DNA of 64,000 nt from an uncultured Smithella sp. (lineage in GTDB: Bacteria; Desulfobacterota; Syntrophia; Syntrophales; Smithellaceae): the NCBI GenBank assembly GCA_964443625.1, contig CAYUDM010000001.1, forward strand, positions 80,705 to 144,704. Reading direction: 5' to 3'. Positions 54,637 through 64,000 of the stretch are shown piece after piece (position 1 is the first letter of the stretch; each line of letters opens with the position of its first letter). The notes under the pieces were generated by a model. The model was not told the DNA's origin, did no database searches, and worked only from the letters and a program-made list of their open reading frames with translations. The position numbers and the translations under genes were made by a program.

Positions 54637-55482
54637 TCACATCCTGTAGCGCGGACCTTTTCCCGATTGCGCGGCTGTGCCGGTCAAGTCCCGGCGCTGT
54701 ACGGTGATCTTGGACAAATCGGCCAGATCGACAAACAAGTAGCCTTTTCGCATTCCGCGCTTTTCCAGGTCGGCCAAAACGATATCCAACTGCCTGAGCT
54801 TCTGATCGTACTGATCCGTTCCGAGTTTAAGCAAAAGGCCCCGGTCGGTCAGAAGCGACAGACCGAAAACCTCGTCAAGTTTGACTTCGGAGACGGTCCC
54901 GAGCATATCGGCGCGACCGGACTCCGACAGAGCCTCCAGCAGGGCCAGCGCGTCCGGCAGCAGCCTGCGGCCGGACGGGTCGTCCAGGGGCGCGCCCGTA
55001 ATGATAGCCAGATCCATATCGTCGCCCCGGTAAAGCTTTTTGAAGGCATAACCCTCGGCGTCCATCAGATACAATCCGCCGGCCTGTTTCAAAAGCGCGA
55101 CGGGTTTGCGCTCACAGATGTCCACCACCAGACGGTCGGGAAGCTCACGACCGACAAACACCCGCTTCACCCAGGGGTTGGCTGTGATCCGTTCCTCCAG
55201 AAGGCCCAGATTCACGGCCAGAATGTTCTGGTGTTTGGCGACGCCTGCCAGGGACAGAATTTCCTTTTCGGTTAATTGTTGAACGCCTCGCACCCGGACT
55301 TCACGGACTTCGAAATAGGAACTCGACAGCACCGCGCAAAACAGATAGACAAAACAAAGGCATCCTGCAACCGCTGTCCCCAGAAGCGCGAAGGCGCCCA
55401 GGCTTTCGCCCGCCGCGCCAACCAGCCTGCGGCTCAGTCGGTTTCTTCTGGCTGCCAGTCCGGCTTTAATTTTCCTGGTCAT
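54637..55482 (-). CDS. ftsQ: Cell division protein FtsQ
   Basis: Single N-terminal TM helix followed by a POTRA-like region (FEVREVRVRGVQQLTEKEI). It occupies the position between murB and ftsA. ATG 55482 forms an ATGA overlap with the murB stop. Confidence 0.85.
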   Translation of the reverse strand: MTRKIKAGLAARRNRLSRRLVGAAGESLGAFALLGTAVAGCLCFVYLFCAVLSSSYFEVREVRVRGVQQLTEKEILSLAGVAKHQNILAVNLGLLEERITANPWVKRVFVGRELPDRLVVDICERKPVALLKQAGGLYLMDAEGYAFKKLYRGDDMDLAIITGAPLDDPSGRRLLPDALALLEALSESGRADMLGTVSEVKLDEVFGLSLLTDRGLLLKLGTDQYDQKLRQLDIVLADLEKRGMRKGYLFVDLADLSKITVQRRDLTGTAAQSGKGPRYRM

Positions 55483-56402
55483 GCGATCTCTCCGATAATC
55501 ATCCATTCCGGCTCCAGCCGGACGCCTTTTTCGCTTAACGCTTTATCCTGAACAAGCCCAATGAGCGCCATCACGTCCGCGGCGGTGGCGCGGCCCTTGT
55601 TGACGATAAAATTGCCGTGCTGCTTGGAAATCTGCGCGTCGCCGTGACGAACCCCCTTGAGCCCCAGCTCCTCAATCAGCCGGCCTGCCGGCAGACCCGG
55701 CGGATTTTTGAAAACCGATCCCGCATTGGGATATCGCAGCGGATGCTTTTCCTGACGCCATTTCATGATCTCGGCCATTTTCTCCCGGATCGCGGCGCCA
55801 TCGCCTTTTTGCGCCGTAAACCGCGCCCCGGTGATGAGTGTGTCCGCCTTCAGCCCCCAGCTTCGATAGACAAAAGGAATCTCGCCACGCCGCAACGATT
55901 TTTTACCTTCCCGCGCGTCGAACACATCGATGCCGGTCGTGACATCTTTGATTTCAGAGCCGAACGCGCCGGCGTTCATCCGGATCGCCCCGCCCACACT
56001 GCCGGGAATTCCCGCCAGACATTCAAATCCGGCAAGCTCACGCGAGGCGCAAAGCGCGACCACGCGGGCAAGCGGCGCGCCCGCCTGCGCGAAGATTTCA
56101 TGTTGCCCTTCCGCTTCAACGGCGCTGACGGTATCGAGCATCCGCATCCACAGAAGGACACCCCGATAGCCGCCGTCCTGCACCAGGAGATTGGTCAGGT
56201 TGCCGACCGGCAAATACGCGATGTTCGCGGATCGCAAGACATCGATCACCCGCAAAAGCGCCTCTTCGCAATGCGGCGAAACCAGCGCGTCTGCCCGGCC
56301 GCCGAGTTTGAGCGATGCGTGCCGGGAGATCGGCTCATCATAGAGAATGTCGAGATCCGGAAGCCCAAAAAGCGCTTCGCGGATGGCCTCGCGCTGCGAC
56401 AT
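55479..56402 (-). CDS. murB: UDP-N-acetylenolpyruvoylglucosamine reductase
   Basis: 307 aa with an FAD-binding region (LKLGGRAD..., GNLTNLLV) and a MurB C-terminal domain (GSVFKNP). Confidence 0.9.
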   Translation of the reverse strand: MSQREAIREALFGLPDLDILYDEPISRHASLKLGGRADALVSPHCEEALLRVIDVLRSANIAYLPVGNLTNLLVQDGGYRGVLLWMRMLDTVSAVEAEGQHEIFAQAGAPLARVVALCASRELAGFECLAGIPGSVGGAIRMNAGAFGSEIKDVTTGIDVFDAREGKKSLRRGEIPFVYRSWGLKADTLITGARFTAQKGDGAAIREKMAEIMKWRQEKHPLRYPNAGSVFKNPPGLPAGRLIEELGLKGVRHGDAQISKQHGNFIVNKGRATAADVMALIGLVQDKALSEKGVRLEPEWMIIGEIA

Positions 56403-57808
56403 TACAACTCTCCTTTGGCCAGCGCCTCCAGAAGCGCTTCGCCGATTTTATAGACACTGCCCGCGCCGAGCGTCAGGACCGTGTCGCCGGAGCGGACGGT
56501 TTGCATCAGATACTCCAAGGTATTTTGCGCCTGGCCGATATATGAGACGTCGGGATGGCCGCTCTCCCGGATCGCCGCCCACAGGGCGGCGGAATTGATG
56601 CCGGGAATCGGCGCTTCGCTGGCCGGATAGATATCATTTAAAATCAAAACATCCGCATCGCCGAACGCGCCGGTGAATTCGTTGAAAAGCGCCTGCGTGC
56701 GTGAAAAACGATGCGGCTGAAAAACAACAATCAACCGTCCGCGATAGCGCTGCCGGGCCGCGGCAAGCGTCGCCGTAATTTCCGTCGGGTGATGACCGTA
56801 GTCGTCCACCACCGTGATGCCGCCTGCCTCGCCTTTGATCTCCAGACGACGCCCGACACCCGAGAAACCCGCCAGCGCGTCGGAAATCGTTTCCATGTCC
56901 AACCCCAGTTCACGGGCCACCGCCACGGCGGCCATCGCATTATAGACGTTGAAGAGTCCCGGCACGCGAAGCTCTATCTTTCCGAGGCTGCGACCGGCAT
57001 GAAAAAGATGAAAGATTGTTTTGTCCTGCTGAAAGTCGATGTCGCGGGCGGCATAATCGGCCGGCTGATCGATGCTGTATGTAATGGTCCGCCTTTTAAT
57101 CGAATCGGCAATCGCGCGCACATGTTCGTTGTCGACGCACATCACCGTGCAGCCGTAAAAAGGAACGATGTTGGCAAAGGTCAGAAAGGCCTTTTTGATC
57201 TCTTCGATCCCCGGATAGTAATCGAGATGCTCGCGGTCGATATTGGTGATGACCGCGATGGTCGGCGACAGCTTTAAAAACGATCCGTCGCTCTCGTCCG
57301 CTTCCGCGACGAGAATGTCGCCGTCGCCTAAGCGGGCGTTGGACCCGATGCTCGCGAGCTTTCCACCGATGACCATCGTCGGGTCCAAACCGCCGTGCGC
57401 CAGAATCGTCGAGACCATCGAGGTTGTGGACGTCTTGCCGTGGCTGCCGGAGACGGCCACGGAAAATTTCATCTTCAGCAGTTCGGCCAGCATTTCGGCG
57501 CGCGGAATCACGGGAATGCCGCGCAAATGCGCCTCCGCGACTTCAGGATTGTCGCCTTTTACGGCCGTGGAGGTGACCACGACGTCGGCGTTGCCGATAT
57601 TGTCGGCGGCGTGCCCCAGCGCAACGCGCGCCCCCAGCCCCAAAAGGCGATTAGTCGTGTCGGAGGTCTGCACGTCGGAACCGCTGACCGCATAGCCGAG
57701 GTTGATGAGCACTTCGGCGATGCCGCTCATTCCAATCCCGCCGATGCCGACGAAGTGGATGCGTTTGACTTTGCGCTGCATCAATCCGGTTTCTTTGTCT
57801 GTTTTCAT
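56402..57808 (-). CDS. murC: UDP-N-acetylmuramate--L-alanine ligase
   Basis: IHFVGIGGIGMSGIAEVL and GSHGKTSTTSM are Mur-ligase motifs. The start is at ATG 57808 or 57781; the track start at 57886 overlaps murG. Confidence 0.9.
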   Translation of the reverse strand: MKTDKETGLMQRKVKRIHFVGIGGIGMSGIAEVLINLGYAVSGSDVQTSDTTNRLLGLGARVALGHAADNIGNADVVVTSTAVKGDNPEVAEAHLRGIPVIPRAEMLAELLKMKFSVAVSGSHGKTSTTSMVSTILAHGGLDPTMVIGGKLASIGSNARLGDGDILVAEADESDGSFLKLSPTIAVITNIDREHLDYYPGIEEIKKAFLTFANIVPFYGCTVMCVDNEHVRAIADSIKRRTITYSIDQPADYAARDIDFQQDKTIFHLFHAGRSLGKIELRVPGLFNVYNAMAAVAVARELGLDMETISDALAGFSGVGRRLEIKGEAGGITVVDDYGHHPTEITATLAAARQRYRGRLIVVFQPHRFSRTQALFNEFTGAFGDADVLILNDIYPASEAPIPGINSAALWAAIRESGHPDVSYIGQAQNTLEYLMQTVRSGDTVLTLGAGSVYKIGEALLEALAKGEL

Positions 57809-57855
57809 AAAGGGTCCGTTTCTTTCGTGATCTTCTTTTTCTTTATCCGCGCCGA

Positions 57856-58956
57856 TCAATGACCGGACGCGATTAGCGACAAACACGCGTCGACAATTTT
57901 CACCGCGGCGTCGGGCCGACCCAGGGCGAGCGACAACGCTTCCATGGAGACGAGTTTTTCGATATCCCCGATCAGCCCGTCAATCGTCCGCCACAGGACC
58001 TCCGCGCTCAGATCGCGCTCCCGGATCATGACGGCGGCGCCCGCCCGGACCATGGCTTCGGCATTCTTCGCCTGGTGATCGCCGACCGCATGGGGGAAAG
58101 GAATGAGGATGCAGGCCTTTCCGGCAGCTGTAATTTCCGCAAGCGATGTCGCTCCCGCGCGACACACGATCAGATCCGCCGCCGCAATGGCTGAAGCCAT
58201 ATCCGTAATAAACGGCAGGACCTCCGCTTCGAATCCATATCGGGCGTAGCTTTCACGGACAGTCTCAAGATCATTCTCACCCGTTTGATGGATAAAGCGG
58301 ATATCGCCCTTTCTGGCCTGAGCCAGAGGCAGCATTTCCCTCATGGTTTTGTTGATCGCGGCGGCTCCCTGGGATCCACCGAAAACCAGCACGCGACGAA
58401 AGGAATCCTCCCTCGCGGGCGGCAAAAGCCGTTCGACAAACGCGGCGCGCACGGGGTTGCCCGTCACCAGAACTTTTTTTGAGGGAAACCCCTTCCGGCT
58501 TTCTTCGTAGGTCAGAAAAATCCGGTCCACCACTTTTCCTAAAATCCGGTTGGTGTTCCCCGCCAGCGCGTTTTGCTCGGCAATCGCCGTGGGAAGGCCG
58601 GAAAGACGCGCGGCCAAAACGGTCGGACCCGACGCGTAGCCCCCCACGCCGAGCACGACATGCGGCATGAAATTCCGAATAATAGCCCGCGACTGCACCA
58701 TGCTTTTCGGCACGGCGTAGAGTCCTTTGACCAGCGCCATGAAGCCCCGACCCTTTACGCCCTCTACATCGATCTCTTTCAATTCATAGCCAAGATTCGG
58801 CAGCACATGGTGCTCGATACCCCGGCTTGTGCCGACAAACAGCACCCGGTTGCGCGCATTGCGTTTCAGGAGTTCTTCCGCAACGGCAATGCCGGGGTAA
58901 AGATGCCCCCCCGTTCCCCCGCCCGCAATGATCATCTTCACCACCGTGCGTTCCAT
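57856..58956 (-). CDS. murG: Lipid II glycosyltransferase (UDP-GlcNAc:undecaprenyl-PP-MurNAc-pentapeptide GlcNAc transferase)
   Basis: The real N-terminus is MERTVVKMIIAGGGTGGHLYPGIAV. ATG 58956 lies 2 nt after the ftsW stop. The track's additional 148 N-terminal codons overlap ftsW. Confidence 0.9.
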   Translation of the reverse strand: MERTVVKMIIAGGGTGGHLYPGIAVAEELLKRNARNRVLFVGTSRGIEHHVLPNLGYELKEIDVEGVKGRGFMALVKGLYAVPKSMVQSRAIIRNFMPHVVLGVGGYASGPTVLAARLSGLPTAIAEQNALAGNTNRILGKVVDRIFLTYEESRKGFPSKKVLVTGNPVRAAFVERLLPPAREDSFRRVLVFGGSQGAAAINKTMREMLPLAQARKGDIRFIHQTGENDLETVRESYARYGFEAEVLPFITDMASAIAAADLIVCRAGATSLAEITAAGKACILIPFPHAVGDHQAKNAEAMVRAGAAVMIRERDLSAEVLWRTIDGLIGDIEKLVSMEALSLALGRPDAAVKIVDACLSLIASGH

Positions 58957-58958
58957 CC

Positions 58959-60068
58959 TCAAACCCTCTGCGTGGAAATGTTCAGCAGGATGCCCACCGA
59001 CGTCATGCTCATGACAAACGCGGTGCCCCCATAACTCAAGAAAGGCAGCGCGAGGCCTTTGAGCGGAATGAGCCCCATCACGCCCGCGATATTGATGAAT
59101 GCCTGCATAGCGATCAGCATCGTGAGCCCCGCCGCCAGAAGCGTGCCGAAAAGGTCGGGCGCGCGAAAGGCAATCATAAAACCGCGCAACAAGAAAAAGG
59201 TAAACAGCACAATCACGATCGTCACACCGATAAATCCACTCTCTTCGGCAATAATCGACAAAATGAAATCCGTATGCGGCTCCGGCAGGTAAAACAATTT
59301 CTGCATGCCGTCGCCGATGCCCACCCCGAACGCGCCGCCGGAGCCGAAGGAAATCAGCGACTGAATAATCTGGAAGCCGGTATTGTCCGGATCCTTCCAC
59401 GGATCGAGAAACGCCGTCAGCCGGGCCATCCGGTAGCCCTTGTGCAGAATCAGCCAGATCCCGACCGGAATGAAGGCGGCCGCAAGAAACACCAGATGAC
59501 TGATGCGGGACCCGGCCAAAGACAACATCAGAAGCAGGATGGAGGCAATGATGACCACGGTGCCAAAATCCGGCTGCAAGATGATCAGCCCCATGATCAC
59601 GCCGGTGACCGACAACGGCACGAGCACGCCGCGGCTGAACTTCTTGAGCTGATGCGACTTGCGCGTAAGCAGGTGCGCCAGAAAAATGACCATTGCCACC
59701 TTCACCAATTCGCTGACCTGAAACGTAAAGACGACCAGATTCAGCCAGCGCGTCGCGCCACCGCGTTTCACGCCGAGATAAGGAACGAATAAAAGCAACA
59801 GCAGGATGATGGAAACGATGACGCCCGGATAGGCTATTTTTTTGAGATATTCGTAAGGGACTTTAATCATGACGGTCATCATGATGAGCCCCAGCGCGAC
59901 AAAGAAGATATGCTTCTTGAGAAAATATTGTCCGTCTTTAAATTTCTCGAGCGCGATGATGGAACTCGACGAATAAATCATGACCGTGCCGATGATCACC
60001 AGAAACAGGGTGGCCAAAAGCAGGATGATATCCGGCGTATTGATGTCTTTTTGGTTGACTGCTTCCAT
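58959..60068 (-). CDS. ftsW: SEDS-family lipid II polymerase/flippase FtsW
   Basis: Ten-TM SEDS protein with QPDFGT and LPEPHTDFI. ATG 60068 lies 1 nt after the murD stop. Confidence 0.9.
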   Translation of the reverse strand: MEAVNQKDINTPDIILLLATLFLVIIGTVMIYSSSSIIALEKFKDGQYFLKKHIFFVALGLIMMTVMIKVPYEYLKKIAYPGVIVSIILLLLLFVPYLGVKRGGATRWLNLVVFTFQVSELVKVAMVIFLAHLLTRKSHQLKKFSRGVLVPLSVTGVIMGLIILQPDFGTVVIIASILLLMLSLAGSRISHLVFLAAAFIPVGIWLILHKGYRMARLTAFLDPWKDPDNTGFQIIQSLISFGSGGAFGVGIGDGMQKLFYLPEPHTDFILSIIAEESGFIGVTIVIVLFTFFLLRGFMIAFRAPDLFGTLLAAGLTMLIAMQAFINIAGVMGLIPLKGLALPFLSYGGTAFVMSMTSVGILLNISTQRV

Positions 60069-60069
60069 T

Positions 60070-61416
60070 CTAAAGTTTCCCAACCGTCTGTTGAAAGACG
60101 TCTCCCCGGTGTTTATAATCTTTAAACTCGTCAAAGCTGGCACATCCGGGTGACAAAAGCACGACATCCCCCACCGCGGCGATTTCGGCCGCACGCTCAA
60201 CGCCCTCCCGCATCGTTTGCGTCTTCACGACTCTCGGGGCGGCATCACCAATCAGCTCTGCAATGCGCTCACGGGCTTCACCGAAGAGCACGACGGCGCG
60301 GACATTCTTTTGCAGCCGGGGGCGCAGTGTCTGAAAATCTCCATCTTTGTCGCGGCCGCCCAGAAGCAGAACCACCGGTTTAGAAAAAGTCGCCAGCGCA
60401 CGCACAACAGCGTCCACATTCGTCCCTTTGGAGTCGTCGTAGTACTTGACGCCGTCTTTTTCCCTCACAAACTCGATGCGGTGCGGCAGACCGCGAAAGT
60501 CCCGAACCGCGGATTCAATCGCTTCAGGCGCCAGGCCCGCAAATCGGGCGGCGATCAGGGCCGCCATGACGTTTTCCACATTATGCAGCCCGGAAAGCCG
60601 GATCATGGAAAGCGGATAGCGCTCTTCAGAGGCGCCGTGGAGCCGGCAAACCAGGTCGGATCCGTCGAGGAATGCTCCGGTTTCCACCGCTTTCGTTGAA
60701 CTGAAAAAAGCCACGCGGGCCGGGCAGTCGGTTTCCAGTCCTTTTTGCGCAGGATCATCGGCATTTAAAATCGCCAGATCGCTCTGTTGCATATTTTCGA
60801 AAATCCGCGCTTTGACGCGGCGGTATTCATCAAACGACCCGTGATAGTTCATGTGGTCGCAGGTGATGTTTAAAAGCGCCGCAGCGGCGGGACGAAAGGT
60901 TTCAATCCACTGCAACTGAAAGCTGCTGATCTCCGCGACGACAAACTCGTCTTCCTGCGATCCGGAGGCGTATTCAATAAGCGGTGTGCCGATATTGCCG
61001 CCGACAAAAACCTTTTTACCCGCCAGGGCCAGCATCTCGCCCAAAAGCGTGGTGGCCGTCGTCTTGCCGTTGGTGCCCGTCACCGCGAGAATCGGCGCGC
61101 GGATATGGCGGAACGCCAACTCGATTTCACCCGTTATCGGAATCCCCTCGCGGCAGGCCGCCTGCAAAATGGGATGGTGCGGAGGAATGCCCGGAGAGGG
61201 CACAACCCGATCCATGCCGTCCAGGGCGGTTTCGTCATAGGCGGCCTCCGACAGCCAGGGCTGCCCCGCAAGCGTCAGATAGGCAGACCCCCGGCTTTGG
61301 GATGGTTTTTCATCGGTCACGGAAACGCGCGCGCCGCGCGCGCCGAGAAATGACGCGGTCGCAACGCCCGTCGCGCCCATGCCGATGATCAGAATATGTT
61401 GACCCGCCAGTTCCAT
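60070..61416 (-). CDS. murD: UDP-N-acetylmuramoylalanine--D-glutamate ligase
   Basis: 448 aa with ILIIGMGATGVA and VTGTNGKTTATTL. Confidence 0.9.
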   Translation of the reverse strand: MELAGQHILIIGMGATGVATASFLGARGARVSVTDEKPSQSRGSAYLTLAGQPWLSEAAYDETALDGMDRVVPSPGIPPHHPILQAACREGIPITGEIELAFRHIRAPILAVTGTNGKTTATTLLGEMLALAGKKVFVGGNIGTPLIEYASGSQEDEFVVAEISSFQLQWIETFRPAAAALLNITCDHMNYHGSFDEYRRVKARIFENMQQSDLAILNADDPAQKGLETDCPARVAFFSSTKAVETGAFLDGSDLVCRLHGASEERYPLSMIRLSGLHNVENVMAALIAARFAGLAPEAIESAVRDFRGLPHRIEFVREKDGVKYYDDSKGTNVDAVVRALATFSKPVVLLLGGRDKDGDFQTLRPRLQKNVRAVVLFGEARERIAELIGDAAPRVVKTQTMREGVERAAEIAAVGDVVLLSPGCASFDEFKDYKHRGDVFQQTVGKL

Positions 61417-61424
61417 ATCCGCCC

Positions 61425-62504
61425 CTACCGCAACTTCAATGTGGCAATGGCCAGAAGCGCCAGAAGAATCGAAATCACCCAGAAACGTACGATGACTTTG
61501 GGCTCCGCCCAGCCTTTGAGTTCAAAGTGATGATGAATGGGCGCCATGCGGAAGATCCGCTTGCCACCGGTCAACCTGAAATAGCCGACCTGGAAAATCA
61601 CCGAAAACGTCTCCAGAACGAAAATGCCGCCGACGATTGCCAGCAGAATTTCCTGTTTGGTGATGACCGCCACGGCTCCGAGCGCGCCGCCCAGAGAAAG
61701 CGATCCGACATCGCCCATAAAGATCTCGGCCGGATAGGAATTGAACCATAAAAATCCCAGCGCGGCCCCGACAAGCGCGCCGCAAAAAACCGCCAGTTCA
61801 CCCGTGCCGGACACATAAGGAATCTGAAGATACTGGGCGACCTTTACATTGCCCGCGAAATAGGCAAAAAACACGTAGGTTGCAAAACAAATAATGATCG
61901 GTCCGGTCGCCAGGCCGTCGAGTCCGTCGGTCAGATTTACGGCATTGGCCGTGCCCACGATGATGAAGACGCAAAGCACAATGTAGCCCCACCCCAGATC
62001 GGGCAAAACGGTCTTGAAAAAAGGAATGGTGACCTGTGTGCTGAAACCCGGCTTGAAATACAGCAGCACACCGACCCCAAGCGCAATGGCGATTTCCGCC
62101 GCCAGGCGCACATTTCCCGGCACGCCCCGGGAATTTTTTCGGGAAAGTTTGCGGTAGTCATCGAGAAACCCGATGAGACCGAAACCGAGCATGACCAGAA
62201 GCACAAGCCACACATAGGCAATGGAAAGATTCGCCCACAAAAGCGTCGAGATGACCACGGCGAAGATGATCATGATGCCGCCCATCGTGGGCGTCCCCTT
62301 TTTGACCTGATGGGTTTTCGGTCCGTCTTCTCGAATTTGCTGGTCGATTTGCAGATTTTGCAGTTTACGGATCAGCCACCGCCCGAGAATCAGGCAGATT
62401 AAAAGCGCGGTCACGGAGGCGAAGATCGTCCGAAACGTGATGTAGCGAAACACGTTGAACGAGGAAAAAACCGTATGCAATGGAAATAGAAATTCGTAAA
62501 CCAC
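61425..62504 (-). CDS. mraY: Phospho-N-acetylmuramoyl-pentapeptide transferase
   Basis: 359 aa with [22 protein letters not shown] and [11 protein letters not shown]. Confidence 0.95.
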   Translation of the reverse strand: MVYEFLFPLHTVFSSFNVFRYITFRTIFASVTALLICLILGRWLIRKLQNLQIDQQIREDGPKTHQVKKGTPTMGGIMIIFAVVISTLLWANLSIAYVWLVLLVMLGFGLIGFLDDYRKLSRKNSRGVPGNVRLAAEIAIALGVGVLLYFKPGFSTQVTIPFFKTVLPDLGWGYIVLCVFIIVGTANAVNLTDGLDGLATGPIIICFATYVFFAYFAGNVKVAQYLQIPYVSGTGELAVFCGALVGAALGFLWFNSYPAEIFMGDVGSLSLGGALGAVAVITKQEILLAIVGGIFVLETFSVIFQVGYFRLTGGKRIFRMAPIHHHFELKGWAEPKVIVRFWVISILLALLAIATLKLR

Positions 62505-62519
62505 GTCAATGCCTCCGTA

Positions 62520-63944
62520 TCAAGAAACCGGTCCGGTTCCAAACTGCTCGCGGATGGCCGCCGCGATGCGGTCCATCTTCATGGCGCGGGAGCCTTTGAT
62601 CAAAATCCAGTCGCCTTTGCGAACCTGAGTGCCGAGCTGCCCCAAAGCCATTTCGTCATCACCAAATACCAGGATCTGTTCATCGGCCATCCCGCCTTCG
62701 CGGGCGCCTGCGGCCGTGTCGTCGGCATGGTCGCCTTTTAGAAAAACTCTCAACACGCCGATCGTCGCCAGAATTCTGCCGATGCGGCGGTGAAGATCAA
62801 CGGCCGCCTCTCCCAGCTCCAGCATATCGCCCAGAAAGACAAACGCGCGATGGCCTTCTTTCAAGTCCTTGAGCGCCAGAAGCGCTTCCCGGACAGACGC
62901 GGGATTGGCGTTATACGAATCGTCGATCAAATAGGCCCCGTTGCCCAGTTCCATCATGTCCATCCGGCCGGAAACGGGCGAAAACGATTCCAGACCGCGC
63001 CGGATGCCTTCGGGCTCGCAGCCTGCCGCCCAGGCCGCCGCCGCCGACGCCATCGCGTTATAGATGTGATGGATCCCCGCAATTTTCATATCCACCTTAA
63101 GTTCGAGGTTGCCCAGAATCAGTTGAAATCTCACCCCCCGGATGCCTCGCTTCTGGATGTCTTTTACCCCGACTTCGGCATTTTCACTCATGCCGAACGT
63201 CACGCGCCGGCCCGGCCACCGCTGCGCGATCACTCGAATGGCCTCATCATCCACGTTCACCACCGCGCAGGCTGAATTTCTGAGTTTTGAAAACAGGGCC
63301 CCTTTTTCCTCACGCACTGCGTCGAGGGAACCGAATCCCGCCAGATGGGCGGGGCCGACATTCGTAATGAGTCCGATGTCCGGATCGGCAATTTCGGCCA
63401 GCCTGGCTATTTCACCGGGCGTGTTGGTGCCCATCTCGACAATCGCCAGATCGTGATCCGCCGAAAGGCCAAACAGCGTTTTCGGAACACCGATAAGGTT
63501 ATTGAGGTTGCCTTGGGTCTTGAGAACTTTTTTTTCGCCGCCTAAAATGGTCGCAAGCATCTCCTTAGTGGTCGTTTTTCCCGATGACCCGGTCAGACCG
63601 ATAACCGTCGCCCGGAAATTTTTCCGGTACGCATGCGCCAGATCACCCAGCGCGAACAGCGTGTCGGTGGCGGCGATCACAGCGACGTCGGCATCGGCCG
63701 CCGCCCGGCGCACCTGATCCTCCTGCACCAGCAGGACCGCCGCTCCTTTTTCGCGGGCCTGTGCGAGAAAATCGTGACCATCGAAATGCTCCCCTTTGAT
63801 CGCCACAAAAAGATTTCCCGGCATAAGCGTGCGGGAATCTGTGGACACTCCCACAATCCGCCCGGACGGTCGGCCCGAAACGAGTCTGCCCCCGCAGGCA
63901 TTGAGAATTTCATCGATCGTAAACATCGGCACATCGGTCGTCAT
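62520..63944 (-). CDS. murF: UDP-N-acetylmuramoyl-tripeptide--D-alanyl-D-alanine ligase
   Basis: 474 aa with LTGSSGKTTTKEM and MurF-like sequence throughout. Its start forms an ATGA overlap with the murE stop. Confidence 0.9.
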   Translation of the reverse strand: MTTDVPMFTIDEILNACGGRLVSGRPSGRIVGVSTDSRTLMPGNLFVAIKGEHFDGHDFLAQAREKGAAVLLVQEDQVRRAAADADVAVIAATDTLFALGDLAHAYRKNFRATVIGLTGSSGKTTTKEMLATILGGEKKVLKTQGNLNNLIGVPKTLFGLSADHDLAIVEMGTNTPGEIARLAEIADPDIGLITNVGPAHLAGFGSLDAVREEKGALFSKLRNSACAVVNVDDEAIRVIAQRWPGRRVTFGMSENAEVGVKDIQKRGIRGVRFQLILGNLELKVDMKIAGIHHIYNAMASAAAAWAAGCEPEGIRRGLESFSPVSGRMDMMELGNGAYLIDDSYNANPASVREALLALKDLKEGHRAFVFLGDMLELGEAAVDLHRRIGRILATIGVLRVFLKGDHADDTAAGAREGGMADEQILVFGDDEMALGQLGTQVRKGDWILIKGSRAMKMDRIAAAIREQFGTGPVS

Positions 63945-64000
63945 CGGCGCGCCTCCTTGCGTTTGAGCGCCTGCGAGGCTTCGAGCAGGTCATCAAACGG
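63941..64000 (-). CDS. murE: Mur ligase 3' end, presumably murE (N-terminus lies beyond the right edge)
   Basis: The minus-strand frame is open from 64000 (...PFDDLLEASQALKRKEARR*). Its TGA at 63943-63941 overlaps the murF ATG. The identity is inferred only from the canonical dcw gene order. Confidence 0.55.
   Translation of the reverse strand, partial: PFDDLLEASQALKRKEARR

Noticed and set aside
1-64000. A search for CRISPR arrays, tRNA/rRNA genes, IS elements, integrases, phage genes and toxin-antitoxin pairs that might mark a mobile island around the SIR2 cassette
   Set aside because: I saw no direct-repeat/spacer periodicity, no cloverleaf-like sequences in intergenic regions, and no transposase-, integrase- or recombinase-like translations. 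The SIR2 cassette therefore has no obvious mobility signature in this window. A compositional (GC-skew or k-mer) test would still be worthwhile.

Overview
This 64-kb window looks like ordinary chromosome from a moderately GC-rich bacterium. Gene content (sigma-54 EBP, giant multi-PAS hybrid kinase, dodecin, B12-radical-SAM enzymes, dcw order without ddl) suggests a Desulfobacterota/deltaproteobacterial anaerobe, but that is inference only. All functions come from reading motifs in the ORF translations; no database search was possible.

Contents from left to right:
- (1) 1-9614, minus strand: a tightly coupled operon of at least 8 genes. It encodes a KS plus a Cys-less CLF-like KS, an acyl/aryl-CoA ligase, a B12-radical SAM enzyme, an MIO-type aromatic ammonia-lyase, a hotdog thioesterase, a Dak2-DegV fusion and a GT2. 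It resembles an aryl-polyene/flexirubin-type lipid cluster.
- (2) 9.8-14.6 kb: a roughly 1585-aa Cache/multi-PAS hybrid histidine kinase with recently duplicated PAS modules.
- (3) 15.9-22.6 kb: a sigma-54 EBP divergent from an acyl-CoA ligase that has a -24/-12 promoter. A PfkB kinase and accC follow, accC with a second -24/-12 promoter.
- (4) cysK, metY and mnmA.
- (5) Three small genes: an unknown 113-aa protein, an FmdB zinc ribbon and a dodecin.
- (6) 28.0-35.0 kb: two tandem ArsR-headed operons (Acr3, ArsC, ArsP-like permease) that are unusually rich in thioredoxin-fold and disulfide-relay proteins.
- (7) 35.3-47.5 kb: two membrane diguanylate cyclases flank the top candidate for a novel system. 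This is an isolated two-gene cassette encoding a J-domain protein with MshEN/GspE_N-like repeats and a SIR2_2 (defence-type sirtuin-like) protein.
- (8) In the same region: a BNR propeller protein with a CFI-type C-terminal tail, a VIT-vWA protein, small membrane proteins and a THUMP methyltransferase.
- (9) A coupled ankyrin-lipoprotein/lipase pair.
- (10) 50.5-64.0 kb: a B12-rSAM gene followed by the dcw cluster (ftsZ, ftsA, ftsQ, murB, murC, murG, ftsW, murD, mraY, murF, and the murE 3' end).

I found no rRNA, tRNA, CRISPR array, transposase or integrase.
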